A DNA stretch of 58,031 nucleotides, filler included, from Jimgerdemannia flammicorona (lineage: Eukaryota): NCBI GenBank assembly GCA_003990765.1. It is 2 parts of 2 records of this genome, joined end to end, with 100 filler letters (N's around TTAATTAATTAA, not from the genome) between each part and the next. Parts side by side here need not be neighbours in the genome. Positions count along the whole stretch, not along the records: positions 1 to 28,974 come from RBNJ01000530.1; 1 more part is not named here. One strand, 5' to 3'. Under the pieces are notes generated by a model. That model did no database searches and had not been told where the DNA came from. It saw only the letters and a program-made list of their open reading frames with translations. Shown piece after piece: positions 1 to 13,500 of this stretch. The position numbers and the translations under genes are program-made. Positions within the stretch are counted from its first letter, which is position 1. Each line of letters begins with the position of its first letter.

Positions 1-3000
1 CCCCCTCCTATCTCTACCAGATGAAAGATCACTTTGTCTAACACTATCTCCACCCTCCGACCACTCTGTTCACAAATTCTTACCACTAAGCCATGATGGC
101 ACCCCCCCCTGAGGACCCCAACCCACCTACCATCTAGTCAACAGATCTCTCAACAACTCCTCCCACCATAATACCTTCTTCCATAGTCTCATTTACTGTC
201 CCTCCTCGAATACAAAAAGCCAATGTCCAGCCAGTCCCACTCACACTGCTAACACCCACCCTACAGTGAGCCAACTATCACCTACACCACCCACTAGCCA
301 AGATCTCAAGTCCTCCCAGTGGCCTCCCTCCCTCACCAGCCTTCATTTTACACCTAGTCTATTCCCTATTTCTACCCAAAAGTCCCCTAACACCTCACAC
401 TCTCCCAGCTAATATTCTGGTATCTGTACAAGCCCCCCAGCTTGTCCTACATTGTAGCACTTCTTACAATTGAAACAGCCACCATCCACCAGATGCCCAG
501 TGCAGAAATTCAATATGACATTCCTCTGCAACATTTACCACCATACCACCCAGAACTTGGGGGGAAGCCACCTCTGCACCTCAGCACTCCATGACCAGAT
601 ACCTGCCCAGTCCCACTTCTCACCAATCCCTGCTGTCTGCCAGCCACCTGGTCAAAGATCCTGGCCAAGACTCTGCTGATACTTCACTCCATCCCCAATA
701 TCAAACTCAGCAAGTAAAGCATCCCCCAGGAGCAGTCTATCCCATCACTACATATCTGGACCCCACACTACCTCCCCCTCATTGCCTTGCCAGTGCAGGT
801 CAATATAGTATACTCTATCTATCACCTCCCACTAAAAGCCCTTAAACTACAGCTACCAATTTCCATTCAGCCCTACCAAAGAGAGCAGATCTCCTGAGAA
901 CCTTTGAGGGGAGGTTCTCATCTCCCACACCTTCTGCAGCAGTGGCACCCAACCCCCTCCCTGTAGTTCAGCAGCTCTCTTCAACCACCAGGCTTGCAAG
1001 CAGTGCAACCTCCTAGGGAAATCTATAAGGCTAAGACCTCCTCAGACTACTGGTGTTGCAAGAGTATCCCAACTGACCTGAGACCTTCTCCCTGCCCAAA
1101 TCCAATCTCTAGCCACCTTCATCAGCCTCTTCACCACCCAAGCTGGGAAGTCTAGGTTATAGGTCACATACCATAGCTTGGGGAACCAGTAGACATTCAG
1201 AATTGATACCCACTCTGTCAGAGAGATATGGCAGCCTCCCCAACCTTGAAGGGCCTCTCTCCAAATGGTCACCCTGCTTTTCCACCACACTCATGGCAAG
1301 ATAGAACTATATACATAAAGGAAGATGCCCAGATACTGCACTACCTCACCAGTAGGGACAATTGTTCCAATGATGTCCCCACCCACTAGCCCATTCCCTA
1401 GCACCATTGTCTCACACTTATACCAGTTGAGCTTTGCCCCAGAGTGAGCCTCATACCATTCCACTGTCCCCTTAAGTGCCTTGACATTCACTACAGACCC
1501 AAGTCTAACCACTATGTCATCAGCAAAGGCCCCCACCTTCCACACTATATCATATATAGAGAGCCCTGCCACCTTCTGGCAAATTCTATCCATCAAAGGC
1601 TCTAATGAAGGAGTATAGAGAATAGAGGACAGAGGGTCCCCCTGAGGAACTCCTCTTCCCAGGAGAATGCCAGACCACAGTAACTATTATATATTAGCAC
1701 CACCCAACTGCTCTCTAGCAGATTCAACATAGAAGCCTGAAATCTTAGGGGAACATCAATTTGATCCAACACCTTGCCCAGCCAAACCTGCCATACATAG
1801 TCATAGGCCTTCTCTTGGTTCAAAAAGACCAATCTTCCATCCAGTCCACAAGCCTGAGCCCCCTTAATGATGCCATGCACCCATGCAGTCCCATCCTTTA
1901 TAAGTCTGCTCCCAACAAAGCCCTGCTGCCCCTCTCCCAGCACCTGTTGGGTAACTTTCTACAGCCTTACAACAATCACCTTAGTCACTATCTTCTTGTC
2001 TATATCCAGAAGCATGATCAGTCTCCAATTCTTCCAGTCTTCTCTCCTCCCCTTGTCTTTGTACAATAAGGCCACCAGCCTGAGGTCCTGCTCTCTAACC
2101 CACTCATCACTCTGAAGAACATAGTCACAGAGAGCAGCTATCTCACCCAAAACTCCAGATACCTTTACCATCTTCTTCCAGAAGTCCCATGATAACCCAT
2201 CCTCCCCTGGTGCTGTACCAAGCTTAGTCTCTGCAAGGATACTCTAGATCTCCTCTCCTTGCACTGATAAGATCAATTCACCCAGTCCTGCTACTTGCAG
2301 TGGCCCCCACTCCTCTAGTATATCTGCAATTGCCTCCTCATCAGCACCCCCTTCCCCCTCACTCCACAAACCCTGCCAACTCTCCTTCAAAACCCCTAAG
2401 ATTTGTTGTGTGCCATGCACCATGTCCCCCTCAGTATCTAAGACCCCATCCCACCAATGTCACACCCTCCTAGCTTTGAGGAGTCTTGACAAGTACCTAG
2501 TAGGCTGCTCACCCTCCTCAAGCCCCTGCTACCATAGCCTAGCAGCCATTCCTTGCATATGAGTCTCCTCCTCCTCTCTCAACACCTATTGCAATTCTAC
2601 TATCTCTAATTTCACCCACTCTATCCTCCAATCCTTCACCCTAACAGAAGTAAGCAAATCTGCCCAATCCATTTGCAGTCTCCTTAGTCTGCTGGAAGTC
2701 CACCTCATGTACTTCCTCTTCTGTCTCCCAGCTTCTCTACCAGCTCCTTCCCAATAGACTCTCACAGTCTCTTTCAATCTCATCCAATGGACACCCACAG
2801 ACAAACCCTCATACCTCTAGATAGAAACCTTCTCCTGAATGTCCTCCACCCATAAGTCCCACAACCCCTCCTCAGCCAGCAGGGAGGAGTTAAGGCACCA
2901 ATGTCTGGGTCCATCTCTACTCTCCCCAAACTGCCCCTGCCCCAATAGTCCCCAGTGATCAGACCACAGACACTACTCCACCTCTAATATCTTCCAAATA

Positions 3001-3635
3001 TTGGAACCCCAACACTTGGCTGTCAGAATCCAGTCAATCCTTGTACCCAAGCCATTCACTCAATATGTGTAGACCCTGGTGTTGCCCTACCAAGTTCTGT
3101 CCATATCCCCTAAGAAGCTCAAATTCTCCACCTCCTCCCATGTATCCAGACCTCCACTTCTCCCCCCTGCATTTCTCCCTCCATCAGTTCTGTCTAGACT
3201 CTGATCTTGAACCATATTAAAGTCTCCACTGAGAACATCGACCCCTTCCTCCAAGAGAATACTCTCCTCCAGCAGCTCCTTAATCTACACAGTCCTCTCA
3301 CCCCTAACTGCTGGGCAGTAGCAAGAGCCAATCCTCACTGACTCCCACTCTGGCTGATGCCAATCTCCCCAGACCAAGTGATCACTCCAGCTCCTGATTC
3401 CCCCCAAGTCTCCTCTACCCTTCCTTACCAGAATTACCACTTTTCCAAACCAAGCAGTAGCCCCACCCCATTCTCTAGTCCACTCTATCTGATCATCCTC
3501 ATCCTCACACCATATATTCTGTAGTAAAAAGAGATCAGCCTCCAATCTCTTGAGCCAAGTAAAAATGTTCTTACACTACTCAGATCCCCTTAACCTATTC
3601 ACATTCAAAGAGAAAATGTTGGTTGATCTATTCAT
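1..3635 (-). pseudogene. LINE ORF2 (APE endonuclease + reverse transcriptase + C-terminal Cys region), many stops/frameshifts
   Basis: APE motifs: MNRSTNIFSLNVN, DLFLLQ, GDFN (~3220), RIDWIL, SDH (~2960). RT motifs: PGEDG, WRLIMLLDIDKKI, QQGFV, QEKAYD, GVPQGDPLS, AFADD (~1520), YLG. CFNCKKC near 460-480. Confidence 0.92.
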
Positions 3636-3644
3636 AAGAAATAA

Positions 3645-5698
3645 TGTTATATAATGATCCCATCCTCTACAAGTCTGCATTCAGCTCCTCTTGCACCAAG
3701 TCCAAGTTATGTTCAGTAGCTAGTTCCCTTTCCCCAGCTTCCCATGCTTCCACCCCTCTCAGAAGTTCCACCATTGCTCCATCTTCTCTCTCCTCAAAGT
3801 CCTCACAATACTCTAGACAGGCCTCCTGCCAGTGCTGCAAACTATGATGCTCTGCCCAACAGTAGACAGCCCACTTACTAGTGATAACCACCAGCTCCAC
3901 CTTCCTCACCTCATCAACCTCATATCCCTCCTCCTCCAGGAAGATCACAAGAATCTCCACCTTCAGCACCTCCACCACTCCATCTCCTCACAGAATCTAT
4001 GCCCAATACTCCTTAGGCATTATATATAGATCTACTTCTCCCAATGCCTCAGTCACGAGGTTATCCATAATCTTCCTCATCCACAGCAGGTTCCCCACCT
4101 CCTTTCCTCCCAGAGTCCCTGGCTGCCCTACATCCAACATTGTAGTATCAGCTCCTACACTGGCAGCCTCATCCCACTCCTCCTCTGGGACATCCTCCAG
4201 CTCAATCTTGCCAACTACTACCACCTGGCCCCCTTTCACCACATCTGGGACCCCAAAGTGAACTTACTGGGCTCCCTGCATCAGCATATCCTCCACTGCC
4301 CCTCTCTTCTCAATCAGGCCTCTCCTGATAAGTGGGGGGGGGGGTGCCATCCAACTTCTGCTCCCAAACTTCGAACATACTATCAGTATAGAGATCCTTG
4401 CCCAATACCTTCCCAGTCTCTCTCTTATTCACCTCTACCTCCTTTCTACCTTTACCAGTCCAGATACTGGCTTCAATACCTCCAGCCTCCACAGCCCCAT
4501 CTACCTTCTTCTTTGCTCCTATCATACTTGCCAAAAGCTCCCTCTGTTTCTTTTGCCCCTGGACCTGCTCCCACTTCCTCTTGTCTATGTGGATATGCTT
4601 CCCCTCTATAATCTCCAAGTGTGTCGACTTTGCATATTTCTTCCAGGCCTTTGCCCTCCGCTTGATAGCTCCACTCATCTCTTCCAATGCCTCCAGTAGA
4701 TCCTCCTCCTCCTCCTCACTCCCTTTCACCCTCAATACTTGACAGCTGAATGCCCCCCACATTATCACCACTGGCCAGTCACTTATCTTCTCTGTAGCCT
4801 CCTTCCCTGCCAGTTGAATCCTGACATCAACATCCCCAGTTCTTATGGCAGTCTCCTCCCAAATTTGGAAACTAATATCCACCATATCACCATACTCAGC
4901 CATCACCTCCTCAACCCTCCTCCTTGTCTCAACTACTGTTACTGTAGGCACTCTCTTCACCAGCAGCTGCACCACCCTGGGGTCCCATCTCAGGCAACAC
5001 ACCATAGGGACCACTACCTCCCCAACTACCACTTCAGCCCTAAGAGCCTCATCCAGCATGCCTGCCTCCTCAAAACCCACCTCAACCCCCTCCAGCCCCT
5101 TCAGAAACTTCACTGAGGTGGTTCCAGCCATCTGCTTCAAGATAAGCCCCAATACCATTCTCACTATCACTGCCAAGCCCTGGAAGCACAAAGTGGCTAC
5201 AAACTCCAAGATTAATTTCTTGAGTAATGGTGTTACCACCAGCCCTGTCATACCATTGGCCAGGTCCCCCTTCCTCTTCAGGCCCATCTGCCCAGCCCTT
5301 ACATCAACAGTTACATCTGAATGTTTTTTCAGATTCTCTGTCATACCACCATTAGCAATCCTGTCACTACCTCCAACAGCTACTCCACTTCCTCCACCTC
5401 TCACCAGCAAAGGCCCAGCTCCCCCAGTATCCTCAACCTTCTGCTTCTCCTTCCCTCCTATCTGTCTACTATGGACTCTCATTGGCCAACCCCCAGTCCT
5501 TAGCATGTCTGCAAAGCTCCTTTCCTGCTGCTCTCCAGTCCCCTCACCAGTGCTGCCTCTACTGCCCAAGCTGCCCTGCCCACTTGAGCCACTGAAAGAC
5601 CCCATCTCCAGCCCATATCCTCTCCTGACATACTGTCAGTCGAAGGCCCCAGGTCCACCCAACCTAGTATACATATTGGCTTGCTTGCTGATTGACAT
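3645..5698 (-). pseudogene. LINE ORF1, disrupted
   Basis: Starts MSISKQ at 5698 with a premature TGA at 5636. Open 4310-5605, probably frameshifted at the G run near 4333-4343, with further fragments 3997-4242 and 3667-3978 up to ORF2. Confidence 0.8.
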
Positions 5699-6974
5699 CA
5701 CCTTAATATCTTTCTCTAATAAATAATTTGAAAGTGTGTTATAAAAGTATATATAATGTGAATTATAGCAAAGAAAGATGTATATAGAGCTTATTCTCAT
5801 GGAGGATCTTGAGACTTGTTCAATATGCTTGAGGTGTTCTTCTTCAGTACTACTGAAGATCAGGATATCATCAATGTATACAAGTACAAAGATATAGAGC
5901 TGATCCTTGAAGACAGTTTGCATGAGATCTTGAAAGGTTGCTGGTGTATTAGTGAGACCAAAGGCCATGACTAGGAATTTGTAGAGTCTGAAGAGTATTA
6001 TAAAGGCAGTCTTGGGTATGTCTTCTGGCTTGATTTGAATTTGGTGATACCCAGAGGTGAGATCAATCTTGGTGAAGTACTTTGCATTTTTGAGAGCATC
6101 AAAGATTTGATCTATGAGTAGTAGTGGATAATGGTTCTTGACTGTGATCTTGTTGAGTGCTCAGTAGTCGATGTATATTTGTAAAGTATTATTCTTTTTC
6201 TTGACAAATAGGACTAGGGAGCCAAAGGGTGACTTTCTTGGCTGAATGGCTCCTCACTCAATGAGTTCATTAAGTTCCTTCTTAACTGCTTCAATTTCAA
6301 GTGAAAACATGTGGTATATTTTCTTCTTAGGTATAGTTGCATTAGATACCAACTTGATTTCATAGTCATGGTCTCTTGAAGGTGGTAGACCAGGTAGTTT
6401 GTCTAGGAAGACATCCTTATATTTGTTTAGTAGTAATTTGATGCTTTCACTAATTCATAGCTTCTTGTCTTCTTTCTTTGGTTGGATCAGTACCACAAAG
6501 GCATAGGTAGCTTTCTTGAGGGCCTTCTTGAACTGAATTGCTGAAAGGGTAGCAATTGGGGTTCTTGTCTGAGTCTTATCTGACTTGATGGTAATGTTGG
6601 CTCCATCCTGGATCAAGGTGACTTCATTTTTGGTCCAATAAATCTGAGGGTTATGTTGTATAAGCCAGGGTTTGCCTAGGATCAGGTCATGGTCTTCTAG
6701 AGATGCTACCTCGAAATCTAAACATTCCCAGTACTTCTGGATCTTGAGAGGGAGTTTAGCAGCAATTGAGTTGATTGGTAAGATGGTGCCATCTGTAGTG
6801 ACAACTCCATCATTCTTGCCAGCTGGTTTGGTGAGAATCTTGAGCTTGTCAATGAGGTTCTTATTGATGAAGTTTCCAATAGCTCCACTATCTATGAGAA
6901 CATCTAGCTCTTGTACCTTGACTAGACCTTTGAAAATGAGCATTGAATTGGCTCAGTTCTCAGCTATACTTGTA

Positions 6975-7395
6975 ACTTTGTCAGTACTGCCAAAGCCTTT
7001 CTGATCTCACTTGGTTGAAGACAGCTTGGTGACTTCTTTGATGACTGGTAGGATGGCTTACTCCAGAATGAGCTGTACAATTCTGTCACCTTCATTGACA
7101 GTATATGATTAGTTCTTGTGGTTGACTAGCAGGACTTGCATTTCACCTTGGAAGTCAGGGTCAATAACTCCAGCACCAACATCTAATGAGTGCTTGAAAC
7201 TGAGGCCAGATCTTGGTACAATCCTTGCAAATTGTTCCTTGGGGATTTCGACTGAAAGGCCAGTTGGAATGAGTCTTCGTTCATGTGCAGGAATAGTGAC
7301 TTGTTGTACTGCTTGAAGGTCCAAACTGATGACTCCTTCTGACTGTGCTTGAGGGATCTGGGCCTTGGGGTTGACTCATATGAAATTGAGTACAA
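6975..7395 (-). pseudogene. dUTPase domain of element A, between gag and protease
   Basis: Motifs RSG, GVIDPDFQG, GDRIVQL and GFGST, in the same frame as the protease ORF 6455-6943. Confidence 0.92.
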
Positions 7396-8420
7396 CTTCT
7401 TGTTCAACTGGTTGACCTTGGGTGTCTTTGGACAGGACCAGAATCCTCTTTGATTTGGCAGTTTTCTTGGGACATTTAGTGCAATGTGATCAGATTGATG
7501 GCAAAAGAAGCAGGCTCCAGCCTTCTTGAGACACTCTTTTCCTTAGATGTAAGCTTGCCTTTCTTGCTCTTGTTAATGATGTCTAGGTCTATGGGGGCAG
7601 GTCTAATAGTTCTGACTTTGAGTTCCTTCCTTTTATAGTTGTTATTGAAAGATGGTCTCTTCTGTTCAAAGCAGTGACCATAGGTGATAACATCAAACCT
7701 ATCAGTAATCTTCATTGCTGTATCTAGGTCCTTGGGTTCTTCTAGTTCGATATGAGCTCAGGTTTGACCTTTCAGGCCTTGGATGTACTTGTTGATCTTC
7801 TTATCTTCAGTGACATATAGTAATTCTAGCAGGATTGACAGGAATTGTACATTATATGCTTATATAAACTTGAGTTGTTTGACATTTGCCAGATAGTCTT
7901 GTGCAGCCTTAGTGTTATTGACTGGTTTGAATTGGTCTTGAATAGCATCAGAGAATTCATTCCAGATTCTGATCTGGCCAGCAAATCTGGTATTCTGGAC
8001 ATGGTTTTACCACCAGATTGTGGCATTCTCTCAGAGGAGTGTGGCAGCGAATTGGACTAGTGTTGCTTCTTCCAAATTGGTCAGTTCTCCATATTGCTCT
8101 AATTGAAAAAGTCAGACATCAGTAGACAGTCCTTATCTTTGACCATCAAAAGTATCAGGCTTCTGGGGCTTGATAGTGACTACTGTTAGGTATATTGATA
8201 TCAGTAGAGGTATGGAGGTATGAGCAGGAGCCTTGCTTTCCTTTCTTTCTATATATTCTTGAAGTTGAGCAATCTGAGCTAATGCAGTCTACAAAAGACT
8301 CTCAATGGCCCCATTTGACTGAGTAGGGTTTTGCTGTTCCTCTTCTTCTTACTGATTGTATGAGGGCATTACCTGGACTGTAGGTACTGTATGAAGGGTC
8401 CCACCTGTTGTCCTCTATAG

Positions 8421-8890
8421 TGTTGTGACTGATATCTTGAGAGGTGTCTTAATAAGGCTAGGTGTAACTTAACTGCTGCTACTAAGTATAATGGTTCTAG
8501 TTTCTAAATGAGGAAGTGACTAGTTCTGGTAGTTCTAAGTAACTTGAAGAGATACTTAAGGATTCAAGTATTCTTGAAGGATTTCTGAGAGAAAATATTC
8601 TGAGACTTTATTTATGAGAACAAAGAGGATATTTATACAAGATCTGAAAGAAGAATCTGGAAGGATCTGAGAAATCAAAGGAAAATATCAAGAGGAAAGT
8701 TTTTGACAAAGATGATAAATGATGACAAATAAAGTTCTATAAGTTTCCAGGACATTCAGTGACTAGCTAAATAAGTACTAGTGGATGCTTGGTAATAAGA
8801 AAGAATTTCTAAGTGTTCAGAAAGTACTGGAAGGTTGTAGAATATTGAGAAAAGATAAAGAAAAGAAACAAACTATGCTAAAATATTATA
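8421..8890 (-). repeat. 5' LTR of element A
   Basis: Upstream of gag; begins TGTTGTGAC and ends AATATTATA (decayed TACA); minus strand has TATAAAT followed by AATAAA (~8605-8640). The partner LTR is outside the window, so boundaries are approximate. Confidence 0.7.
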
Positions 8891-8895
8891 CTCTC

Positions 8896-9340
8896 TTAAT
8901 ATTAAGACTTTACCAGTATATTTTTGTCTTTTTTTTAATTCTAAGTATTTTATCTTAGCTAGTTATAGAACTTTTTAGAATATTGTAAAATTTTATTAGT
9001 TATCTTTTGATAAGATCTTCTCTTAGTACTTTTTTAGTATTTTTTTATTTATTTCTAAGATTCTTTTATATTTTTCTTTCAGATCTTATATAAATATTCT
9101 CTCTGTTTTGCTTAAATAAGACTCAGAATATTTAAATCTTTAGTATCTCTTTAAACTACTTTAGACATATCAGAATCTTTCTGATTTAGTTACTTTTTTT
9201 TATAGAAATCTAGAAATTGGTTATAATTAGTTATATAAACTTAAAATAAATAATAAAGAAAAATCAGTTTAATTAAGTTATATTATAGTTAAAGATACAG
9301 ATTCTGAAGCTTAAATAAATCTTAATAAAATATTATATAA
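8896..9340 (+). repeat. More decayed A-family LTR in opposite orientation, directly adjacent to the first
   Basis: 9074-9131 (ttctttcagatcttatataaatattctctctgttttgcttaaataagactcagaatat) matches the reverse complement of 8595-8652; tagtatctctttaaact matches rc of 8541-8560. Confidence 0.7.
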
Positions 9341-9817
9341 ATAGTATAAATATTAGATTTGAAATTTATAAGTATAATATAATAGTTAATCTAAATTAGA
9401 AAATATAATTAGAAGATAGATATTTGATTTATCTTTTATAAAGAATCTCTTATTACTAGAGATTTTGTTATTATTTTCATCTTTAATCTCTATTATTCTT
9501 AGCTTAGATAATTCTAACTTAGATATATATAGCAGTTGAAAATAATTTTAGTTGACTACTAGAGAGGTTAATAATAGTTATTACTTTGTTTACTATATTT
9601 GTACTGGCTGATATATAGATATAGAGGTCTTGACTAGTATATCTATATAGATTTCTAATCTATCTTCTTTCTTTTCTCAGAACTATATATTATGTAAAAT
9701 GACTATATACTGCTTACATAGATCCTAGAGTCTATATATCTTGTCAGAATACCTAAAAAATATACTTGCCAACTTTTAGCTTGAATTTGTATCAATTAGT
9801 ATTACTTTTATTAAGAA

Positions 9818-10020
9818 TATATCTCTAATATCAATTTGTAGGTAAATTTGCCTATTTAAATTTTATGTCAAAAAAAAATTTAAAAATATAATTTTTGAGT
9901 TTTATTAAAAAAAAATTTTTTAAAAAATTTAAATTAAATATTATATCAAAAAAAAATTTAAAAATATTAAATTTTTTACAGATAAATTTACCTATATCTA
10001 ATTACAATATAAGGAATATA
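9818..10020. mobile_element. AT-rich MITE-like short TIR element (copy 1)
   Basis: Inverted ends tatctctaatat...gtaggtaaatttgcc / cagataaatttacctat...atataaggaata around an A/T core. A second copy is at 39762-44862, split by Ngaro-1. Confidence 0.6.
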
Positions 10021-10030
10021 TTATATCTAA

Positions 10031-10480
10031 TATGATGGTCAATCTGAATTAGTAACATAAATCAGAGAAATTAGATATTTGATCACAGTACCTGAATTCA
10101 ATTCCCAAATATAGCTTAGCCTTAAAAGATAGCAGTCATATTTCACTATTGGCAAAAACTTTACTATTGGTAAAATTTTAGAAGATGGCAAAATCTTTAC
10201 AAATGGTAAAAGATTCAATACTGGTAGAAAATGACTTATTACTTAGCTACCTTATAGCTAACAAACTTGTATAAATAACTCAGTATCTTAGAGTGAATAA
10301 AACTCAGATTGAAATAGTTCAAAGCAAAGAGAAAGCAAAGAAACTAGTAAGCCTGCAGACAGATATACTTTGAACTCACCCACCCCTGCATCCCAAGAAC
10401 TCTGCAGAGTCAAAGAAGATTAAGTTTTTAAGATACAGAAATCTGACATACTTCTAAGGTTAAGCATCTGCTATATTACA
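10031..10480 (+). repeat. 5' LTR of element B
   Basis: TATGATGG...TATTACA, colinear with 16246-16694; TATAAAT at 10270 and AATAAA at 10296. Confidence 0.95.
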
Positions 10481-10595
10481 ACTTGGTGCCTATTGACTGA
10501 TGATTCAAGATAAATTCCTTACTTTCAAACTAAATAATGAATAACTACTACTACTTGAACTACCACATAAACTGAGCCAAAATACTCAGACAAAA

Positions 10596-13500
10596 TGGAT
10601 ATAAGACCACTGATATTCTATAGATATACTTCAGATGAATCAATCATCACTTTCATTGATGACTTTGAGTAGTATACCACTATAAGAACCCTGACAGCAG
10701 TATAGCAAGTAGTCCTCATACCCTTCAGCCTATGAGGTCCTGCCAGAGCAGCATTCATAGCTGCAATCCATATAGGAAATAATGCTGATGCTATACTGAC
10801 AGTACAAAAGACCTGGCTCCAAAACACCTATTATATAGATGAGATCAAGCAAGCCCTAAAGGATCAGCTTAACACAACATACCATGAGATAAGTGAGGAT
10901 CCAAACACATTCTACACCAGAATTCAATATCAGATAATCCTTGCAGACTATGCTAATGCTATTCAAGATCAAGTAGCTGAAGCAACCTTCATAAAAGAAG
11001 TCCACCCAGATAGCTATGGCCATTTGCTCATTACTAGTAGTTCTGGATCTGCTGCAAAAGGTCACCTATGCTCAGCAATATTGGATAGCCAGACACCCAC
11101 AAGATCACACAATGGAAAAAGTCACTAGAGTTAGAATTGAAGTACCAAAGGCAACTAGTGTAATCTCTATCATAATGATCAATTAAAACACACCTCAGCC
11201 AAGAGCTACAGAGCTGTAGAGAAACAGTGACCCTATGGAGGAGCTTGCCAAACAGTTCACTGAAATGACTGCCCACCTAGAAGATGTAGTAAAGGAAATC
11301 AGAGAGAGAGACTGCTGCCCAGTTCAGAAGTTTATCACTACCACAGACAAGAAAAAAGGTACCTGCTACAGCTGTGGAGAGGAAGGCCACTACTCTTATA
11401 AATATAGAGTAAAACCAAGCATAAGACCCAGCCAAGCAATACTACTAAAAACAAGAAACAGGCTAACATTATTATATTTGAGGAAATTGGAGAATCAGAT
11501 GAAGAATAGTAGGCCTATTCTACATAGACTACCAAAAAAGATATTCATAAAGAACCTTACAAGAGGCCACCAGGAAGACCTAAGAAGAACTCAGTAGAAA
11601 AACAAATAGAGATAGCCACAGAAAGCCAAGCTGAAGAAATAGATCAAGATATGGAGCTAGAGCAGATAGTTCAGGATATCATCTGAGGAACCACTCCAGC
11701 CAGTAAAGGAGAAAAGAAGAAGAAGCTCTGCAAGACCAAAACTTTCAAGTATGATATCTTTAAAGACCTCAGCCAACAAAAGGTCAATGCAACCTTTGGT
11801 CAGCTTACAGAAATTCCCACCTTCAGATAGTAAATGAGATTTGGACTGGCAGAAATAATCAAGAAGCAAGGTTGGAAAATAATCAAGGCCAACAACATTC
11901 AAGAAGACTCTGGAGAAGAAAGTAAAGACAACTGCAAGACTTCTGCCTATGCAACTTGCCAAATTAAAGACAGAATCTTTGAGGCCATCATTGATACTAG
12001 AGCAGGAGGATATCTTCTCAGCAAAAAGCAGCAGACTGCCTAGGTTGGGAAGTTGAAGAAGCAACCAAGTTGATATTCATCACAGCAGATGGTATAAGAG
12101 CCACACCTCTGGGAAAAATTTGAGATGTTTCCATCAAGTTTGGAGGAGCAACCATCTCAGTAGATGTAATTGTAACCAATGCAACCAATTATGACATCCT
12201 CATTAGCAATCAATGACTTCACAAAGCCAGAGCAATAATCAACCTCAATGTACAGAAGATACAGATCATCTACTGAGGACAGAAAATATAAATTTCCATC
12301 AATATCAACAAAGAAGTACTTCCCAAAATGGAGAAACAAGAGAGTGAATAAGAGAAAGCCTATATAGTGACCACTCAGAAGAAGAAGAAGAAAGTTGGAT
12401 AAATGAGTAAAGAGAAATAGTATAAGAAGATTGCAGAAGGATATGCACTACAAGGAGTCTGCCCCTACAGGATCAAGATATACTATATGGAGTATATCAA
12501 TGATTGCTACCAGTATACTAGCAGAATCAGGAACATCTACTATGAAAGAAGACAGAAGGCTCTTAAGGAGCAGGCCAAAGAAGAAAAAGAGGAAGAAGAT
12601 GATAAACCACCAGCCCTCCTGGAGGACAGTGATGATGAAGAAGAAATCAAGGTCAAGATTTGAAAGATTCACTCTAATACAGTTCTACCAGAATATAAGT
12701 CAGAAAATGTAGCTAGAATGGACATCACTACTATAGAAGAAACTGTACTGGAACCCCAGATAACTACTTTGCTCACAACTGGTTTGGAAATGACTATACC
12801 AAAAGACTATGTTGGAATTCTCAAGACAAGAAGCAGCCTGGCTAAAAGTGAAATTACTATTGAAGGAGGAGTTATCGACTCAGACTATATTGGAGAAATC
12901 CTACTCATTGTCAGGAATCACAATTCTACAATCCCATTCCCAATCAAGAAGAAGGACTGATTGATACAGATGTTAATCTTTCCAGTTCTACAACCAAAGA
13001 TCATAGGAGTTAAGAAGCTAGAGAAAATAAGGAGAGGAAGGAAAGAAAAGAATCTACTGGAAGAAGAGTATTTGCTAGTACCAAGATTACTGAACTGGAC
13101 TACAAGAAAGAGGAAACTATAGATAAGCATAGCTATACCATCAGAAATAAGTTTTCACTCAAAAAGGAACTCAAGAAGATACTCTACAAATTTGAGGATG
13201 TTCTTGCCACAGACTTCAAGAATATCAAAGAAAAGACCCCACACCACTACCATAATGTAGACACAGGAGATGCAGAACCAATTTATCAGAAGGTAAGACC
13301 CATTCTGTCAGCCTACCATGAATGGCTTAGAGAAGAAATCAAGCAGATGGAAGAAACTGGTATCATCAAAGAAGTCAGTAGTTCTTGGACTTCACCAGTC
13401 ATACTAGCTCTGAAGAAAGAAAGCAAGCCAGGAGAATTTGCCCCAAGGCTCTGCACTGATTACAGGAAACTCAATCTGGTCACTAAGAAAGATCACCAAC

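Larger units (their letters stand above)
1..5783 (-). mobile_element. Non-LTR retrotransposon (Tx1/L1-type LINE), decayed, near full length; 3' end runs off the window
   Basis: ORF1 followed by ORF2 with APE endonuclease and RT motifs. The 5' end abuts the interrupted RT of Gypsy A at ~5784 and is homologous to the CpG-intact copy at 28655-28974. Confidence 0.93.
5784..8890 (-). mobile_element. Ty3/Gypsy element A (chromovirus-like RT), 5' half: LTR-gag-dUTPase-PR-RT, interrupted in RT by the LINE
   Basis: Gag KPQKPDTFDG...ATIWW with a degenerate CCHC knuckle (~7475-7515); PR LIDSGA; LPGLPPSRDHD; RT KIDLTSGYHQI, FGLTNTPATFQ, YIDDILIFS. The chromodomain is not in the window, so the chromovirus call rests on the RT/gag style. 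Confidence 0.9.

Noticed and set aside
4845..5726. 293-aa Ser/Thr/Pro-rich + strand ORF
   Set aside because: Antisense shadow of the G-rich LINE ORF1, with no independent evidence of coding.
10484..10505. Specific tRNA assignment for the B/C primer-binding site
   Set aside because: TGGTGCC(C/T)ATTG is PBS-like, but CpG decay and unknown host tRNAs prevent naming the tRNA.
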